Shown here piece by piece: positions 24,870 through 37,231 of a stretch of 64,000 bases of DNA (positions are counted from its first letter, which is position 1; every line of letters starts with the position of its first letter). Under the pieces are notes generated by a model. That model saw only the letters and a list, made by a program, of their open reading frames with translations. It searched no databases and was not told the origin of the DNA. Location of the stretch: the NCBI RefSeq assembly GCF_030028105.1, contig NC_092383.1, positions 97,177,604 to 97,241,603 of the forward strand, in the 5' to 3' direction. This stretch comes from Mobula birostris (lineage: Eukaryota). The position numbers and the translations under genes are program-made.

Positions 24870-25235
24870 CTGGCTGTGAGTCATTGCCACCATTTACTGC
24901 CTATCTTCAGTTACCCCAGAGAAGGTGGGGTTGAGCTGCCTCTTGACCTACTGCAGTCCATCTGATGAAGGTGCTCCCGTAGGGGGGAGATTTCCAGGAT
25001 TTACGCCCAGTGACAGTGAAGGGCCACTGACAAATTTCCCAGCCAGCATGGTGTGGGACATTGAAGGGAATCTACAGGTGGCGGCGTTCCCCACCACATC
25101 TTCAGTGGTAAAGGTGATGGGTTTGGGAGGTGATGTTGGAGTAGCCTGGTCGAGCAAAGGCAGTCTCTTTTGTCCATGGTGCACACTGCAGCCATCGTGT
25201 TCTGGAGAATAATGTTTCCCTGTGTACAACATTCA
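24870..25235 (-). mobile_element. Old non-LTR retrotransposon 3' fragment (CR1/L2 group)
   Basis: Recalled resemblance to a common elasmobranch LINE 3' end (ACCTGTAGATTCCCTTC...GGACTGCAG...); not verified by search. Confidence 0.5.
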
Positions 25236-25804
25236 CAGCCCTAACCACAACAATCATCTTTTGTTACCTCCTCAAAAACCTCTACCTAGTTTGTAAGACA
25301 TGACCTCCCCTACACAGAGCCGGGCTGATTATCCAAATAAGTCTGTACTTTTCCAGAGGGGATAAAATCCCACTACCAGGAATTTCTCCAATAATATCCT
25401 CTCCACTGATGTTAGAGTCACTGGTGTATAATATCATGCTCTGTCCCTGTTGCCTTCCCTAAATAAAGGAAAGCTTTGTCTGCTCTTCACCCATTCAGGA
25501 TCTGTTGCCTTTGTGAATAACTTGGGGTATATCCCAGTGAGCCCTGGGGACTTACCACCTCAAAGATTTTCGAAAGACCCTACACCTCGTCCTCCTTCAT
25601 AGCAAGGTGCCTGGACTATTAGTATACAGTACTCGTGCCTGATCTCGCTCTCCACCATGGCCTTCCTGGTGAATATGAGTGCGCTGATCAGTACCTCACC
25701 CACTCCTCTGCTCCAGTCATAAATCCCCTTCTTTGTCCATGAGTTGACTCACTCTCTTTCAAGTTCTCCCCTTGTTTTTAAATGTATAAGATGGTTTAGC
25801 ATTC

Positions 25805-26040
25805 ACCCGGTGTACACCTCTGTATTCAGAGTGAGGCCCAGTACCAAATCTGTATTGAGAGGGAGTCCTGGTGTACATCCCTGTATTTAGAGGGAATCCC
25901 ATTGTCTGATTCTGTATCTAGAGGGTATCCCGGTGTATATTTCTGTATTTAGAGTGAGTCCCGGTGTGCGTCTGGATCTAGAGGGAGTCCTGGTGTGCCT
26001 CTGGATTTCGAGCGAGTCCTGGTGTACACCTGTATTTAGA
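25805..26040. repeat. Diverged ~30-bp minisatellite, about 8 copies
   Basis: Repeated GAGGGAGTCCTGGTGTA...CTGTATTTAGA. Confidence 0.8.
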
Positions 26041-26260
26041 CCATAAGACCATAAGACAAAGGAGCAGAAGTCGGCCATTCGGCCCATCGGGTCTTCTCCA
26101 CCATTTTACCATGAGCTGATCCATTCTCCCATTCAGTCCCACTGTCCTGCCTTCTCACCATAACCCTTGATGCCCTGGCTACTCAGATACCTATCAATCT
26201 CTGCCTTAAATACAGCCAATGACTTGGCCTTGGTTGACAGGAGAGACCCCAACTTTCCCT
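26041..26260 (-). mobile_element. CR1 3' end
   Basis: (CCATAAGA)2 tail followed by CR1 3' UTR in reverse orientation. Confidence 0.8.
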
Positions 26261-26682
26261 GTCACTGTCTTTCACCAGCCTTCAATCTACTGGATAGAGT
26301 TAAGCAGATGGATCAAAGGTTCAGTTTATAGTCAAAATATGCATGTACAATACAACTCTGATATCTGTCCACTCCAGATAGCCACTACATACAGAAAGAC
26401 CATGGGTATTGATGAAAGAAAAGAGATCAACTCCCACCCAACCCTTGCACGAGAAAATGTAAAAACAGATAGCAAAAGTTTTTATAAATATATAAAGCGG
26501 AAGAGGGTGGCTAAAGTCAGCGTAGGTCCCTTGGAAAGAGATGAGGGGAAATTGATATTGGGTGATAAGGAAATAAAAGATAGTATCTAATTAAAAGCTC
26601 ATGTGTGCAGAGTCACAAAGAGTTGTGGGAGACTGGAGGATTGGGAAAACTTTAAAAAGCAACAAAGAACAATTAGGAGGCA

Positions 26683-27312
26683 GGAGGAGGTGATAGCAGC
26701 GTGCCGCGCGCACGCTGCTCTCCGGTGAAAATGATATTGTATCCGTTATATAGGGGCTGTGGACAATTCTGATTTGATGGAGACAGACGTGAAAGCACAG
26801 AGGAACATCTGGAGAAATTTCTGAAATGCCAGTTCGCTGCCATTGTTACTGCGTGATCAAGAATCCTCCAGAGGGAAGGCCTCAAAATCCCTGGCTTTGC
26901 CTGCTGCTGGCAACCGAGACTGAGGTCAAATCATTCGGATAGAGATGGTGCTCGGTACTCAGTGTCGAAGGGCTGATCGGAGGCTCAAAGTTTTCGGACG
27001 ACTCAGAGTCGGACTGTGGCCGGGCATGGCAGGGAGAGTTTTCTTCCTTCTCCTGTCTGTGTGAGATGTGGGACTTTCGAGAAACTTTGAACTTTTTTAC
27101 TGTGCCATGGACTGTTCTTCATCAAGTTATGGTATTGTTGCACTGTTGTAACTAGATGTTATAGTTATGGGGTTTTGTTAGTTTTTTCAGTCTTGGTCTG
27201 TCCTGTGTTTTGTGATATCACACCGGAGGAATATTGTATCATTTCTTAATGCATGCATTACTAAATGACAATAAAAGAGGACTGCATATCCTCATAATCT
27301 AATCTAAAATCT
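26683..27312 (+). mobile_element. Non-coding retroposon-like insertion with (AATCT)n tail
   Basis: GC-rich head, AATAAA near 27270 and AATCT tail; sits inside a CR1 whose sequence resumes at 28410. Confidence 0.55.
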
Positions 27313-27314
27313 AA

Positions 27315-28409
27315 ACAAGAAACTCCAAACTCACCCAGCTCACTGCCTCCCCCGCCATCTGTCAGTGGATCACAAGCTTCTTGACTGACAGGGTGCAGCA
27401 AGTGAGGCTGGGGAGCATCATTTCTAGCACCCGGACAATCAGTACCGGTGCGCCCCAGGGATGTGTGCTCTCCCCACTGCTCTTCTCCCTTTACACTAAT
27501 GACTGCACCTCACAGCATCCATCTGTTAAACTCCTGAAGTTTGCAGATGACACAACTGTCATTGGCCTTATCCGAGACGGCGATGAGTCTGCATACAGAC
27601 GGGTGGTGGAACGGCTGGCCCTCTGGTGTGGTCAGAACAATCTGGAACTAAATACGCTTAAGACTGTGGAGATGACAGTGGACTTCAGGAAGAGCCCCCC
27701 AGTACTCCCCCCACTCACTATATTCAACAGTATTGTGTCTGCTGTGGAGACCTTCAGGTTTCTGGGTGTCACAATCTCCCAGGACCTGAAGTGGATACCC
27801 TACGCAGAGACTCTTACCAAAAAAGCTCAGCAGAGGTTGTATTTCCTACGTCAACTCAGGAAGTACAACCTGCCTCAGGAGCTGCTGATTCAATTGTATT
27901 CAGGAATAATCCAGTCTGTTCTCTGTTCGTCCATCACTGTCTGGTTTGGATCAGCTATTAAACAAGACAAGAATAGACTCCAAAGAACCGTCAGGGCTGC
28001 GGAAAGGATTATTGGTGTGAAGCTGCCCTCGATCCAGGACTTATATGCATCTAGAGTCAGGAAGCGAGCAAGCAGCATCATTGTAGACCCATCACACCCT
28101 GGACATCACCTGTCCCAACTCCTTCCTTCTGGTAGGTGCTTTAGATCACTGTATGCCAGGACAAATAGGTACAAGAACAGTTTCTTTCCGTTTATCAGTC
28201 TTATGAACACTTGAATTTTAGTCTATTATAAACCAAGTCCACCTGTACATACACAGGTATACCTCATTGTACATAGTTCGCGATTATTTGCACTATTGTT
28301 TTGTTTGCTTTTCGATTCTGTACAGCGAGAGCTCAGGGAAACCGGCATCAAATTCCCAGTATGTGTCCACGTACTTGGCGATAATAAAAGATTCTGATTC
28401 TGATTCTGA
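27315..28409 (+). mobile_element. Rex1/Babar LINE, 5'-truncated, uninterrupted RT C-terminal ORF
   Basis: 277-aa ORF 27381-28214 with TGAPQGCVLSPLLFSLYTNDC, KFADDTTVIG, YKNSFFP; (GATTCT)n tail ending 28409. Confidence 0.95.
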
Positions 28410-30320
28410 AATAAGGAAAGGGAAGACAGAGTATGAAAGTAAATTAGCACAAAATAAAAAAACAGATACCAAAAGTTTTTATAAATATATAAAGTGGAAG
28501 AGGGTGGCTAAAGTCAATGTAGGTCCCTTGGAAGACGAGAAGGGGAAATTGATATCCGGTAATAAGGAAATGGCTGAGGCATTGAATGACTATTTTGTGT
28601 TGGTTTTCACGGTGGAGGACACGCCTAATATGCCAAAGAAGGATGTTATGGACGAAATAGGAGGTGAAGACCTCAATAAGATCACTGTCACTACAGAGAT
28701 AGTGATGAGCAAACTAGAGGGCCTGAAGGTAGATAAGTCCCCTGGTCCTGATGGGATGCATCCCAGGGTGCTGAGGGAATTGGCGGAGGTTATAGTAGAT
28801 GCATTGATATTAATTTATCAAAACTCTCTAGATGCTAGGCAGGTTCCAGCGGATTGAAAGCCAGCAAATATCACGCCACTTTTTAAAAAAAAGGATGTAG
28901 GCAAAAGACGGGCAACTATAGGCCAGTTAGCTTAACATCTGTAGTCAGGAAAATACTTGAAGCTGTCATTAAGGAAGAAATAGCGAAACATTTAGAAAGA
29001 AGTGGTTCCATTAGACAGACACAGCATGGATTCAGAAAGAGCAGGTCCTGTTTGACAAACTTACTGGAGTTCTTTGAGGACATAATGAGTGCAGTGGATA
29101 GAGGGGAACAGGTGGATGTCGTATACTTGGAATTCGAGAAGGTGTTCGATAAGGTGCCGCCCAAGAGACTTATAAATAAGATATGGATACATAGAGTCAG
29201 AGGAAGTGTATTGCCAAGGATAATGGATTGGTTAACCAATAGAAGGCAGAGAGTTGGCATAAATGGGTGTTTCTCCGGTTGGCAGTCAGTGGTGAGTGGG
29301 GTGCCGCAGGGATTGGTGCTGGGCCCACAGCTATTTACCATTTACATTGATGATTTGGAAGAGGGGACTGAGCGTAGCGTAGCAAAATTTGCTGATGACA
29401 CTAAACTGAGTGGAAAAGCAAATTGTTCAGAGGATGTGGAGAGTCTGCAGAGGGATATAGATAAGTTAAGTGAGTGGACCAAGTTCTGGTAGATGGAATA
29501 CAACGTTGGTAAATGCAAGATCATCCACCTTGGAAGGAATAATAGAAGAGCAGATTACTATTTAAATGGTGAAAGATTGCAGCATGCTGTTGTGCAGAGG
29601 GACTTGGGAGTGCTTGTTCATGAATCGCAAAAGTTGACTTGCAGGTACAACAGGTTATTGAGAAGGCAAACGGAATGTTGGCCTTCATTGCTAGAGGGAT
29701 TGAATTCAAGATCAGGGAGGTCATGCTGCAACTATACAGAGTACTGGTGAGGCCGCACCTGGAGTACTGTGTGCAGTTCTGGTCTCCATACTTGACGAAG
29801 GTTACACTGGCTTTGGAGGCAGTGCAGAGGAGGTTCACCAGGTTGATTCCAGGGATGAAGGGATTAACTTATGAGGAGAGATTGAGTCGCCTGGGACTAT
29901 ACTTTCTGGAATTCAGAAGAATGAGAGGGGATCTTATAGAAACATACAAAATTTTGAAAGGGATAGATAATATAGAAGTAGAAAAGTTGTTTCCATTGGA
30001 AGGTGAGACTAGAACTAGGGGTACTTTGCCTCAAGATTCAGGGGAGAAGATTTAGGATAGAGATGAGGAGAAACTGTATTTCCCAGAGAGTAGTGAATCT
30101 GCGGAATTCTCTGCCCAGGGAAGCAGTTGAGGCTTATTCACTTAATCATTTAAGATGCAGTTAGATAGATGTTTACATTGTAAGGGAATTAAGGGTTATG
30201 GGGAAAAGGCAGGTAGATGGAGCTGAGTTTACGGACAGATCAGCCATGATCTTATTGAATGGCGGGGCAGGCTCGATGGGCCGGATGGCCGACTCCTGTT
30301 CCTATTTCTTATGTTCTTAT
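28410..30320 (+). mobile_element. CR1 LINE, degenerate ORF2 with 3' tail
   Basis: KSPGPDGMHPRVLRE, SGVPQGLVLGPQLF, KFADDTK, HLEYCVQFWSP; (TTCTTATG)-type tail near 30310. Confidence 0.93.
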
Positions 30321-30469
30321 ATTATGCTCTAAAAAAGAAACAGAACTCGCAGACCCCAAAATCCCCCCCACAGCAAAAACAGGCACAATAACAGTCCCCG
30401 AACCCCTCACTTGCAGAAACAAACAGGCACAGTAGTAACAAACCCCCAACCTCTCTCTCACACAAAAAT

Positions 30470-31475
30470 TACTGGACAACAAAGACTTTGCTTCCTCAAT
30501 ACCTTCAGGTGTATCTTATGAATTTTGGGCTACTGATCATGAAAATCACCATGAAATTTCCCTATCACACACCATTTTTTAGTAAATTTATGTTTATTAT
30601 TTCAATTCATAATTCAAGTCAATTAAAATGTTACCTACAATGTAAGCTGGAAAGTTTCCTATCTTGTCCAGGTATGCTTGGGCATGCTTAGGCAGCGCGG
30701 CTGCTGCATGGCAGGGCAGGTTTTAGTAATAGTTATTGGGTTCAGGACTGTAAGGATGGAATTTGCTATCACCAGGCACAAAAATTTCTATGAAGGATTT
30801 TGATATTTGAGACAGATGCTTCCCAGAATAACTGATGCCAAGATTAAGGAAAGCATTTTTGTTGGTCCACAAATCAAACAGGTCATCAATGAAAGGCAAT
30901 TTGAAGAATTTCTAGTGGGACCGGAGAAAATCACATGGAAGGTATTTGAAGGAAGTTGTTGAAATTTTTCTCGGCATCTACAGAGCACCAAACTACATGC
31001 AACTGGTTGAAAGCATGCTTCAAGCATATAAAACCATGAAATGCAACATGTCACTAAAGATTCATTTTCTGCATTCCCATTTAGACTTGTTCCCTGCAAA
31101 TCTTGGTGCTGTTAGTGACGAGCATGATAAAAGGTTTCACCAGGACATTGCGGTCATGGAGAACAGATACCAGGGCAACTGGAATCCATCAATGCTGGTG
31201 AATTATTGTTGGACATAAGCGAGAAGCCTCAGACACTGAGTACAAATGAATATCATTAACAAAATATTTTTAACTTAGTTGAATTCTTGCAAAGCATCAG
31301 CACCATTATGCAATTAAAAACATTATATTCAATAAAAGTTAATTTGTTGTTTCTCCAAATTCCTACGTGATACAAGTAGTCTGAAATTATATTTGTGTTC
31401 ATCTTCAAGTAGTCTATCATAAACAAAAAAAATTCCGAGGAAGCAACGGCTTTGAAAATTTCTTTTTGTCCAGTG
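30470..31475 (+). mobile_element. Internally deleted Chapaev (Chapaev3-like) DNA transposon
   Basis: C-terminal transposase motifs IKESIFVGPQIK and MSLKIHFLHSHLDLFPANLGAVSDEH..RFHQDI..ME.RYQG; imperfect TIRs (T/C)ACTGGACAA...TTGCTTCCTC at both ends. Confidence 0.8.
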
Positions 31476-31599
31476 TGAACAGATCACCCACCCACCATTA
31501 GTCCACAAGAAAGAAAACACAGGAAAGTGAAGGAAACCAATATAGAGTACAGTCAGAAATGACAGAAGGGGAACAGTGAGGGAGGGTCTCACAAAACTC

Positions 31600-32030
31600 C
31601 CAGCGGACAGAGCAGTAAAACCTCTCCAGAGCAGCCGTTCCTCGAAGGGATTTGACAGCGAAGCGGCAAGGACGGGCGCTGTCCGTCCCGCTGAGCTCCT
31701 CCGGCAGCTGCCGTCTCTGGAGCCTCCCGTCAGTCTGCCTTACCGGCCTGTGACCCCCTGCCCCGCGACAACGAGGCTGAGGAAAAGACCCTCAGTCGGC
31801 CCCGGAACACCGCAGCCATCTCGCCTCCATACTGAGCTGCGCAGCGGCACCGCGGGTACGTAGCCGACTCAAGCGGGAAGCAGCGAGAGCACCGGGAGCC
31901 TTCAAACGCATCTGGCCGTGCGGCCAGGCACGGACCAAGGAGAGAGGTGCTTTCGACCTGGCAATCTGTGGCGATCTGAGTGCCCCGGTCGTGCGGGCTC
32001 CTGTCTGCGATTTTCCTGAATATTTCCAGC
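31600..32030. promoter_or_regulatory. CpG-island-like promoter candidate
   Basis: Dense CpG in an otherwise CpG-poor window; GCTGCGCAGC palindrome, GCGGGAAG, and YY1-like GAGATGGCTGC overlapping an ATG. Confidence 0.6.
31744..31819 (-). CDS. Probable first coding exon of an unidentified gene; N-terminus resembles a mitochondrial presequence
   Basis: gagATGG Kozak context, MAAVFRGRLRVFSSASLSRGRGSQA+G (R/S/A rich, no acidic residues), strong donor G|GTAAGG, inside the CpG island. Confidence 0.5.
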
Positions 32031-32246
32031 ATCTGCAGAATCTCTTGCGCGACAGAATGCAGAATGAAGTGTAACTGCTACAGAAACTACATGGGGTATT
32101 TAAATGTTTGACTATTATCAGATTCGACATTTGTCAAATACCATTTTCCAATGTATTGCAACTGAAGTCTACGAAAATCAACATCGTGATGCTAAATTTA
32201 ACATCGGATTGTACTGTACATTTTGAAGTTATTTTGAAAGTCGTTT

Positions 32247-32355
32247 GAACGTCTGGAGTCCTGACGAAGGGTCTCGGCCTGAAACGTCGACTGTACCTCT
32301 TCCTCGAGATGCTGCCTGGCCTGCTGCGTTCACCAGCAACTTTAATGTGTGTTGC
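32247..32355 (+). mobile_element. 109-bp Penelope-like terminal fragment with 13-bp TSD
   Basis: TTGAAAGTCGTTT at 32234-32246 and 32356-32368. Confidence 0.85.
32257..32292 (+). ncRNA. Minimal type I hammerhead ribozyme motif, core intact
   Basis: AGTC-CTGACGA-AGG gtctcgg CCT-GAAAC-GTC-GACT. Confidence 0.7.
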
Positions 32356-32419
32356 TTGAAAGTCGTTTCCCACTTTACCGGAGCCATCTCACAGCTCATG
32401 CCTCTGATAGTTTGCTTTA

Positions 32420-34210
32420 TCCAGATTTAGAGAGGTGTGGTATTTACAGAGAAACTGGGAAGACCACCACAGACCCACCTACCCACCTACATCCAGCATA
32501 CCTCACAGTCCCCACCATTCCAACAACTTCAGATTCCCTGCCCTCCGCTGCCTCACCTTCACCCCGGACTGACATCCCCCATCAGGGAGGCGTAAGGCCT
32601 TTCCATTTCTTTCCAAAACACAGATCCAGACAGTTCTCCTCGACTAACACCCTCCTCCACCAGGCACGAGTGCTCACGGTCAACAACGTCGTTGCCTGGA
32701 GATTAAATGTGCAGCCACGGCACTGGAATTGGCCCCAGCTATGGCTGCCTTTTCTCTGGCTATATGAAATGAACTTTCTTCCAAACCTACCCAGACATCT
32801 CTCCCCAACTCTTCCTCATTGATAACTGCACAGGTGACAATTCCTGCACCGATCTGGAACACAATTTCATTAAGATCCCAACTAACTTCCACCCCCACCC
32901 TTCAAATTCTATTTCTGACACCTTTCTCCCCTTTCTTGATCACTGCGTCTGTCTCTGGAGACATTTACTTCAAACTTACTGACTTCCACAGCTACCCAGA
33001 CCACACCTCCTCCCAGCATGTCCCTTGTTTGGACTCCATTGCTCTTGCAGTTTGTGGATTTCTACTGTACTTGAGATGAGGCTTTCCACTACAGGATGTT
33101 TGTGATCCTCGTTCTTGAAGAACTGTCCCCCGCCCACCACCCACCAACACTCTGTCAGAGGGCACCCACATCTCCTCCCTTGTACATCTCAACTCACCTT
33201 CTCTCAGCCAAGACAGAACAGGGAGGGAGTTCTTACATCCAACCAGCCCAGGTATGCAGCACATCACCTACCAGTCCTGTCAACTGCAACGTGATCCCTA
33301 CACTACCCCACCTCCCCAATTCCCTGACCCCTTGCTGATTTCCATATCATCACTCTCTCCATGATTCCCCACCTCACTCATCTCTCCCCCTCCCCAGACA
33401 CGATGCTGTGTGACTGTAGGAGGTGTAATACTTGTCCCTACACCTCCTCCCTCCCTCATCACCTTCCAGATGAGGCAGACATTCACAAGCCCCTCCTCTG
33501 ACCTTGTCTGAAGCATTCAGTGCTCTTGTTGTGCGCTGCTCTGCATTGTCGAGTCTCAGCACTTGCAGTCCACCCACCAGTGCTATCTGGAGCTCACAGA
33601 TTTGAGCAATTTTAATTCCTGTCTCCGTTCTCATAATGACATAGATGTCCTTCGCCTCTTCATCTGCCAGGATGAGGCCAAACACAACTAGAGAAGCATC
33701 GCCTTGTATTCTGCCTGGGTAGTTTACAACCCGATGGAGAATTCAATCATGTACATGCCAATCTCAGATAGACTGCCCCCACTCTGTTCCTTTTCTTTTT
33801 CCCACCTAATCTTCCCAGTTCCTCCTATACCCAGCATACACTCGCTGCCACCTATCAATCCATGTATTTCCCTCTTCCTCTTTCTCCATATTCTCCATCT
33901 GCCCCACTTCTCCCACCAGGTCCCCACCCACTCTCTTCTCATCTGCTCACTCCACCTGTCACCTCCCAGCCGTCCTCACTATTTCACTTCTCCTCTCCTT
34001 GTTCTGCCTATCATCCAATAATCTGGATCCACATGTCATCTCCTCCTCCCACTTTCTCTTTATATTGACCACTCTCCCTCTATCAGTCCAGTGAAGGGTC
34101 TCATCGCGAAATGTTGGCAGTCCATTTCCCTCCACAAATTCTGGCCAACCGTTGAGTTTCTCCAGCAGATTGTTGCTTCAGATTCCATCATCTGCAGATT
34201 CCCGTCTCCC
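32420..34210 (+). mobile_element. Degenerate Penelope-like element (RT and GIY-YIG remnants, terminal repeat)
   Basis: IPHQGG...FSSTNTLL...TVNN RT remnant; FQMRQTFT and LVFCLGSLQPDG-like GIY-YIG end; typical GATTCC...ATCTGCAG terminus. Confidence 0.7.
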
Positions 34211-35063
34211 CACAGAACAATCAGTGTTGCTTGGCAGCTGCCGGGATATTGTGCCATCTTTTGGGAAAGGTCTTGCAGTCCTATTGTTTCAAGGAATGGT
34301 TCCATAGTTTCCCGAAATAAATGGGCAGGCACAGGCCCCCTCCGGTCCTAATCCTGCATCATTCTCTCCCTACTGGTTTCACTTTACAGTCTCTTTATCT
34401 CACCACCCTCAAATCCCACTCCTTTATTTTCCCTTCCTCTCTTTCCTCCAATCTCCAAATCCACCCGTCTTCCCAACTGCCCCAATCTGTCTCCCACCTG
34501 CACCAGCTCCCTTGTCGTCCTCTCACTGTGTCTCACCTGCTCTGCTCCAGGTCCGTGTATCTCACCACCTCAGATCCCCTGTGCTTCCCCGATGAACCCA
34601 CTCCTTTCTCTGCCTCCTGCCTTCCCTCACTCTGCCCACCCTCCCTGCGACCCCTCCCAGTATATTCTTCCCTCCCTCCCCCTCCCCCCCAGATTTTCAT
34701 GCTCTCCTTCTCTTGCCCCTTCGATCACTCCGAGTATCCTCACACCTCTCCGCATCCACACTCCATACCTTTCCCTCCTCTCCACTCTCCTGCCTCCTCT
34801 CCTTCCCTCTGACCTTTGACATCCCCTCCTCCACTGTCCACCCCCAACTGTCCCTCTGCCTTCCTCCCTCCGTATTCCATACCTCATCCCCTCTGCCTTC
34901 CATTCAACTGACCCACCCATCTGTGTGTGGTGGTGGGGGGTCCGAACAGGAGACAGGAGAGGCAGGTAGGGAGAGGGAGGGAAGGGGAAGAGAGGAATGA
35001 GGAGGGAAGAGTGGAGAGGAAGAGGATGATGGGGATGGGGAGAAGGGAAGAGGTGACGGGGAG

Positions 35064-35113
35064 TCATTCGGCCTTGTGGAGTCTGCCTTCTGCTCCGGTG
35101 CCTGGGCGGGAGC
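35064..35113 (-). CDS. Cassette A cytoplasmic exon (SSRPGTGAEGRLHKAE*)
   Basis: Acceptor ctctgtcccccacag, phase 1, open to TGA; conserved in copy B. Confidence 0.75.
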
Positions 35114-35704
35114 CTGTGGGGGACAGAGGAGAGATGTCAGTTCACCCTGTGAGGGGTCTGAGGTTTCAATTACTTTCTCATCACACTAGGACCTCTTCAC
35201 TGCTGAGGGCAATGTCATGTGGTCTCTCTTGTCTGATCTGGAAGAAAACTCTCTCCCTCTCCCAGTCTCAATGTCTCAAGTCTCAAGTCTCCATATCCCC
35301 CCTTGTGGTTTGTATCTTGTATTGTCCTGGACTTTACATCTCCCCCTTCCCTATTTTTATATCTTCCTCTTTAGAACTGCATATCCGCATGTTCCCAATC
35401 TCCACATTCCACCATCCCTCTGTCCTTATCCCAAACCCCTGGTCCCTGTTATACTCGTTCAGATTAAACGAGGAGTGAACGATGAAGAGTGCAGAGTCTG
35501 GGACAAGAGCGATTCAGAGAACTGAGGTGGAAGAGATTGAGAGATCTGGGACAGTGGAGGTGGATGGGATTCAGAGTCACAGGGGGGTGGGATTGACAGA
35601 CTGAAACGGGGATTTTAAACACCGGTCTGAATCCACCCCTCACTGTTGACACTACCCTTCAGAACAACAGATTTTCACTGGAAACACACAAAAACAGTTC
35701 TCAC

Positions 35705-35803
35705 TGATAACGTGTACGGCGACTGTGACTGAGAGCAGAATCAGGAGCAGGACGGCAATGATTGTGGCCCTCAGCCGACATCCACAGAGACAGCTTCTCT
35801 CCG
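35705..35803 (-). CDS. Cassette A stalk/TM exon (AERSCLCGCRLRATIIAVLLLILLSVTVAVHVI)
   Basis: NAGNAG acceptor, donor A|gtgaga, 99 bp, phase 1-1, 20-residue hydrophobic run; conserved in copy B. Confidence 0.85.
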
Positions 35804-36029
35804 CTGCTGAAAGAGAGAGGATCACGGATTATATAGACGGTACCAGGCCTTCTCCAGCCCCACCTTCCCAACACTGACTAACATCACAAACCCATGGACA
35901 TCACTGTCCCATCACACACATTCAGGGCAGGGATTAAATACAAAGTAAAACTCTCTAAGTCCAATCATACCCTGCTGGGCTACAAGTCAGGTACTGGATT
36001 ATGCTAGTTTCTCATTACACACTATCCTG

Positions 36030-36905
36030 GTCAGGGAAACACCACCTTCTCCTACTCAATGTCAGCAAGACTGTGGAGCTGATTGTTGCCTTCAGTAGGA
36101 GGAAAGCAAAGGTTCAATTGCCAGTCCACATCGGAGGATCAGAGGAGGCAATGAACATCAACTTTAAAGTCCTTTGTGTTATGATTTCAGAGGTCGGTCC
36201 TGGGAGTAGCACGTAGGTGCGTTTACAATGAAAGCATGGCAGCACCTTGACTTTCACAGGAGTTCGTGAAGATTCAGCATGACATTGAAAACTTTAACAA
36301 ACTTTTATGATGTGTAATGGGGAGTATGTTGACTGGCTGAATCACAGCCTGGTATGGAAATGCTAATGCCGTTGAGGGAAAAATCTTGGTGCATATGATT
36401 CAGTCCATCAATGGTAAAGTCTTCCCCACCATTGAGCACATCTACACAGGGCACCGATGCTGGAAAGCAGCACCATTATCAGGGATCGCCACATCCACTG
36501 TCACGCAAACTTCTTGCTGCTGCCATCAGGAAGAAGATACAGAGCCTGAGGACTCACACCACCAGGTTCAGGAACAGTTACCATCCCTCAACCACCAAGG
36601 CTCTTGAAACAAAGGGGATAACTTCACTAAACTTCACTAGCCTCATCACTGAACTGTTCCCACAACCTTTGGACTCACTGTCAAGGACTCATCTCATGTT
36701 CTCGATATTTATTGCTTATTTATTGTTGTTATTATTGCTTCTTTCATTTTGTATTTGCAATTTGTTCTCTTTCACTCACCAGTCGAACACCCAGTTGGTG
36801 CAGTCTCTCACTGATTCTATGATGGATTTATTTAGAAAGCTGCAAGACAATGAATCTCAGGGTTGTATATTGTGACATATTTGTACTTCCATAATAAATT
36901 TACTT
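36030..36905 (+). mobile_element. Rex1-type 3' fragment in the C2-TM intron of cassette A
   Basis: LLLNVSKTVELIVAF...; HTTRFRNSYHP; AATAAA plus ACTTT-type tail. Confidence 0.75.
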
Positions 36906-36943
36906 TCAACATTATAATTCCAATTCCTGCCCCAGACACTCGC

Positions 36944-37231
36944 CAGACTTGTCCAGTTTACAGAAATCCCCCAGCCGGATCTGAGCTGTGTCCACACTGA
37001 CAGGGTTCCTGGCCTCACATCTGTACACAACAGTTTCTCTCTCTGCGGTGTGATGAACCTTCAGTGTCTCTCCGTGTTCCCAGAGGTGATGGGTTCTGTC
37101 GTTCACCACAGCTTCTCGTCCCCTCCACCATCTGAAGCTGGTGTGGTCACCAGAGGTCACAGAGCAGGTCAGGGTAAGCTCACAGGTCCCAGTGATGTTC
37201 TGAACTGTGATGTGTGTTCCTGACACCGGCT
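36944..37231 (-). CDS. Cassette A CD2/SLAM-type Ig C2 exon, with GC splice donor
   Basis: EPVS...TCELTLTCSV...W...YRCEARNPVS...DFC: four Cys and the NPVS motif typical of the SLAM/CD2 second domain; 288 bp, phase 1-1; donor G|gcgagt. Confidence 0.9.

Noticed and set aside
34320-35050. Pro/Ser/Leu-rich ORFs here and at 47415-48290 and 40848-41237
   Set aside because: C/T low-complexity sequence downstream of the stop codon; composition explains the open frames.
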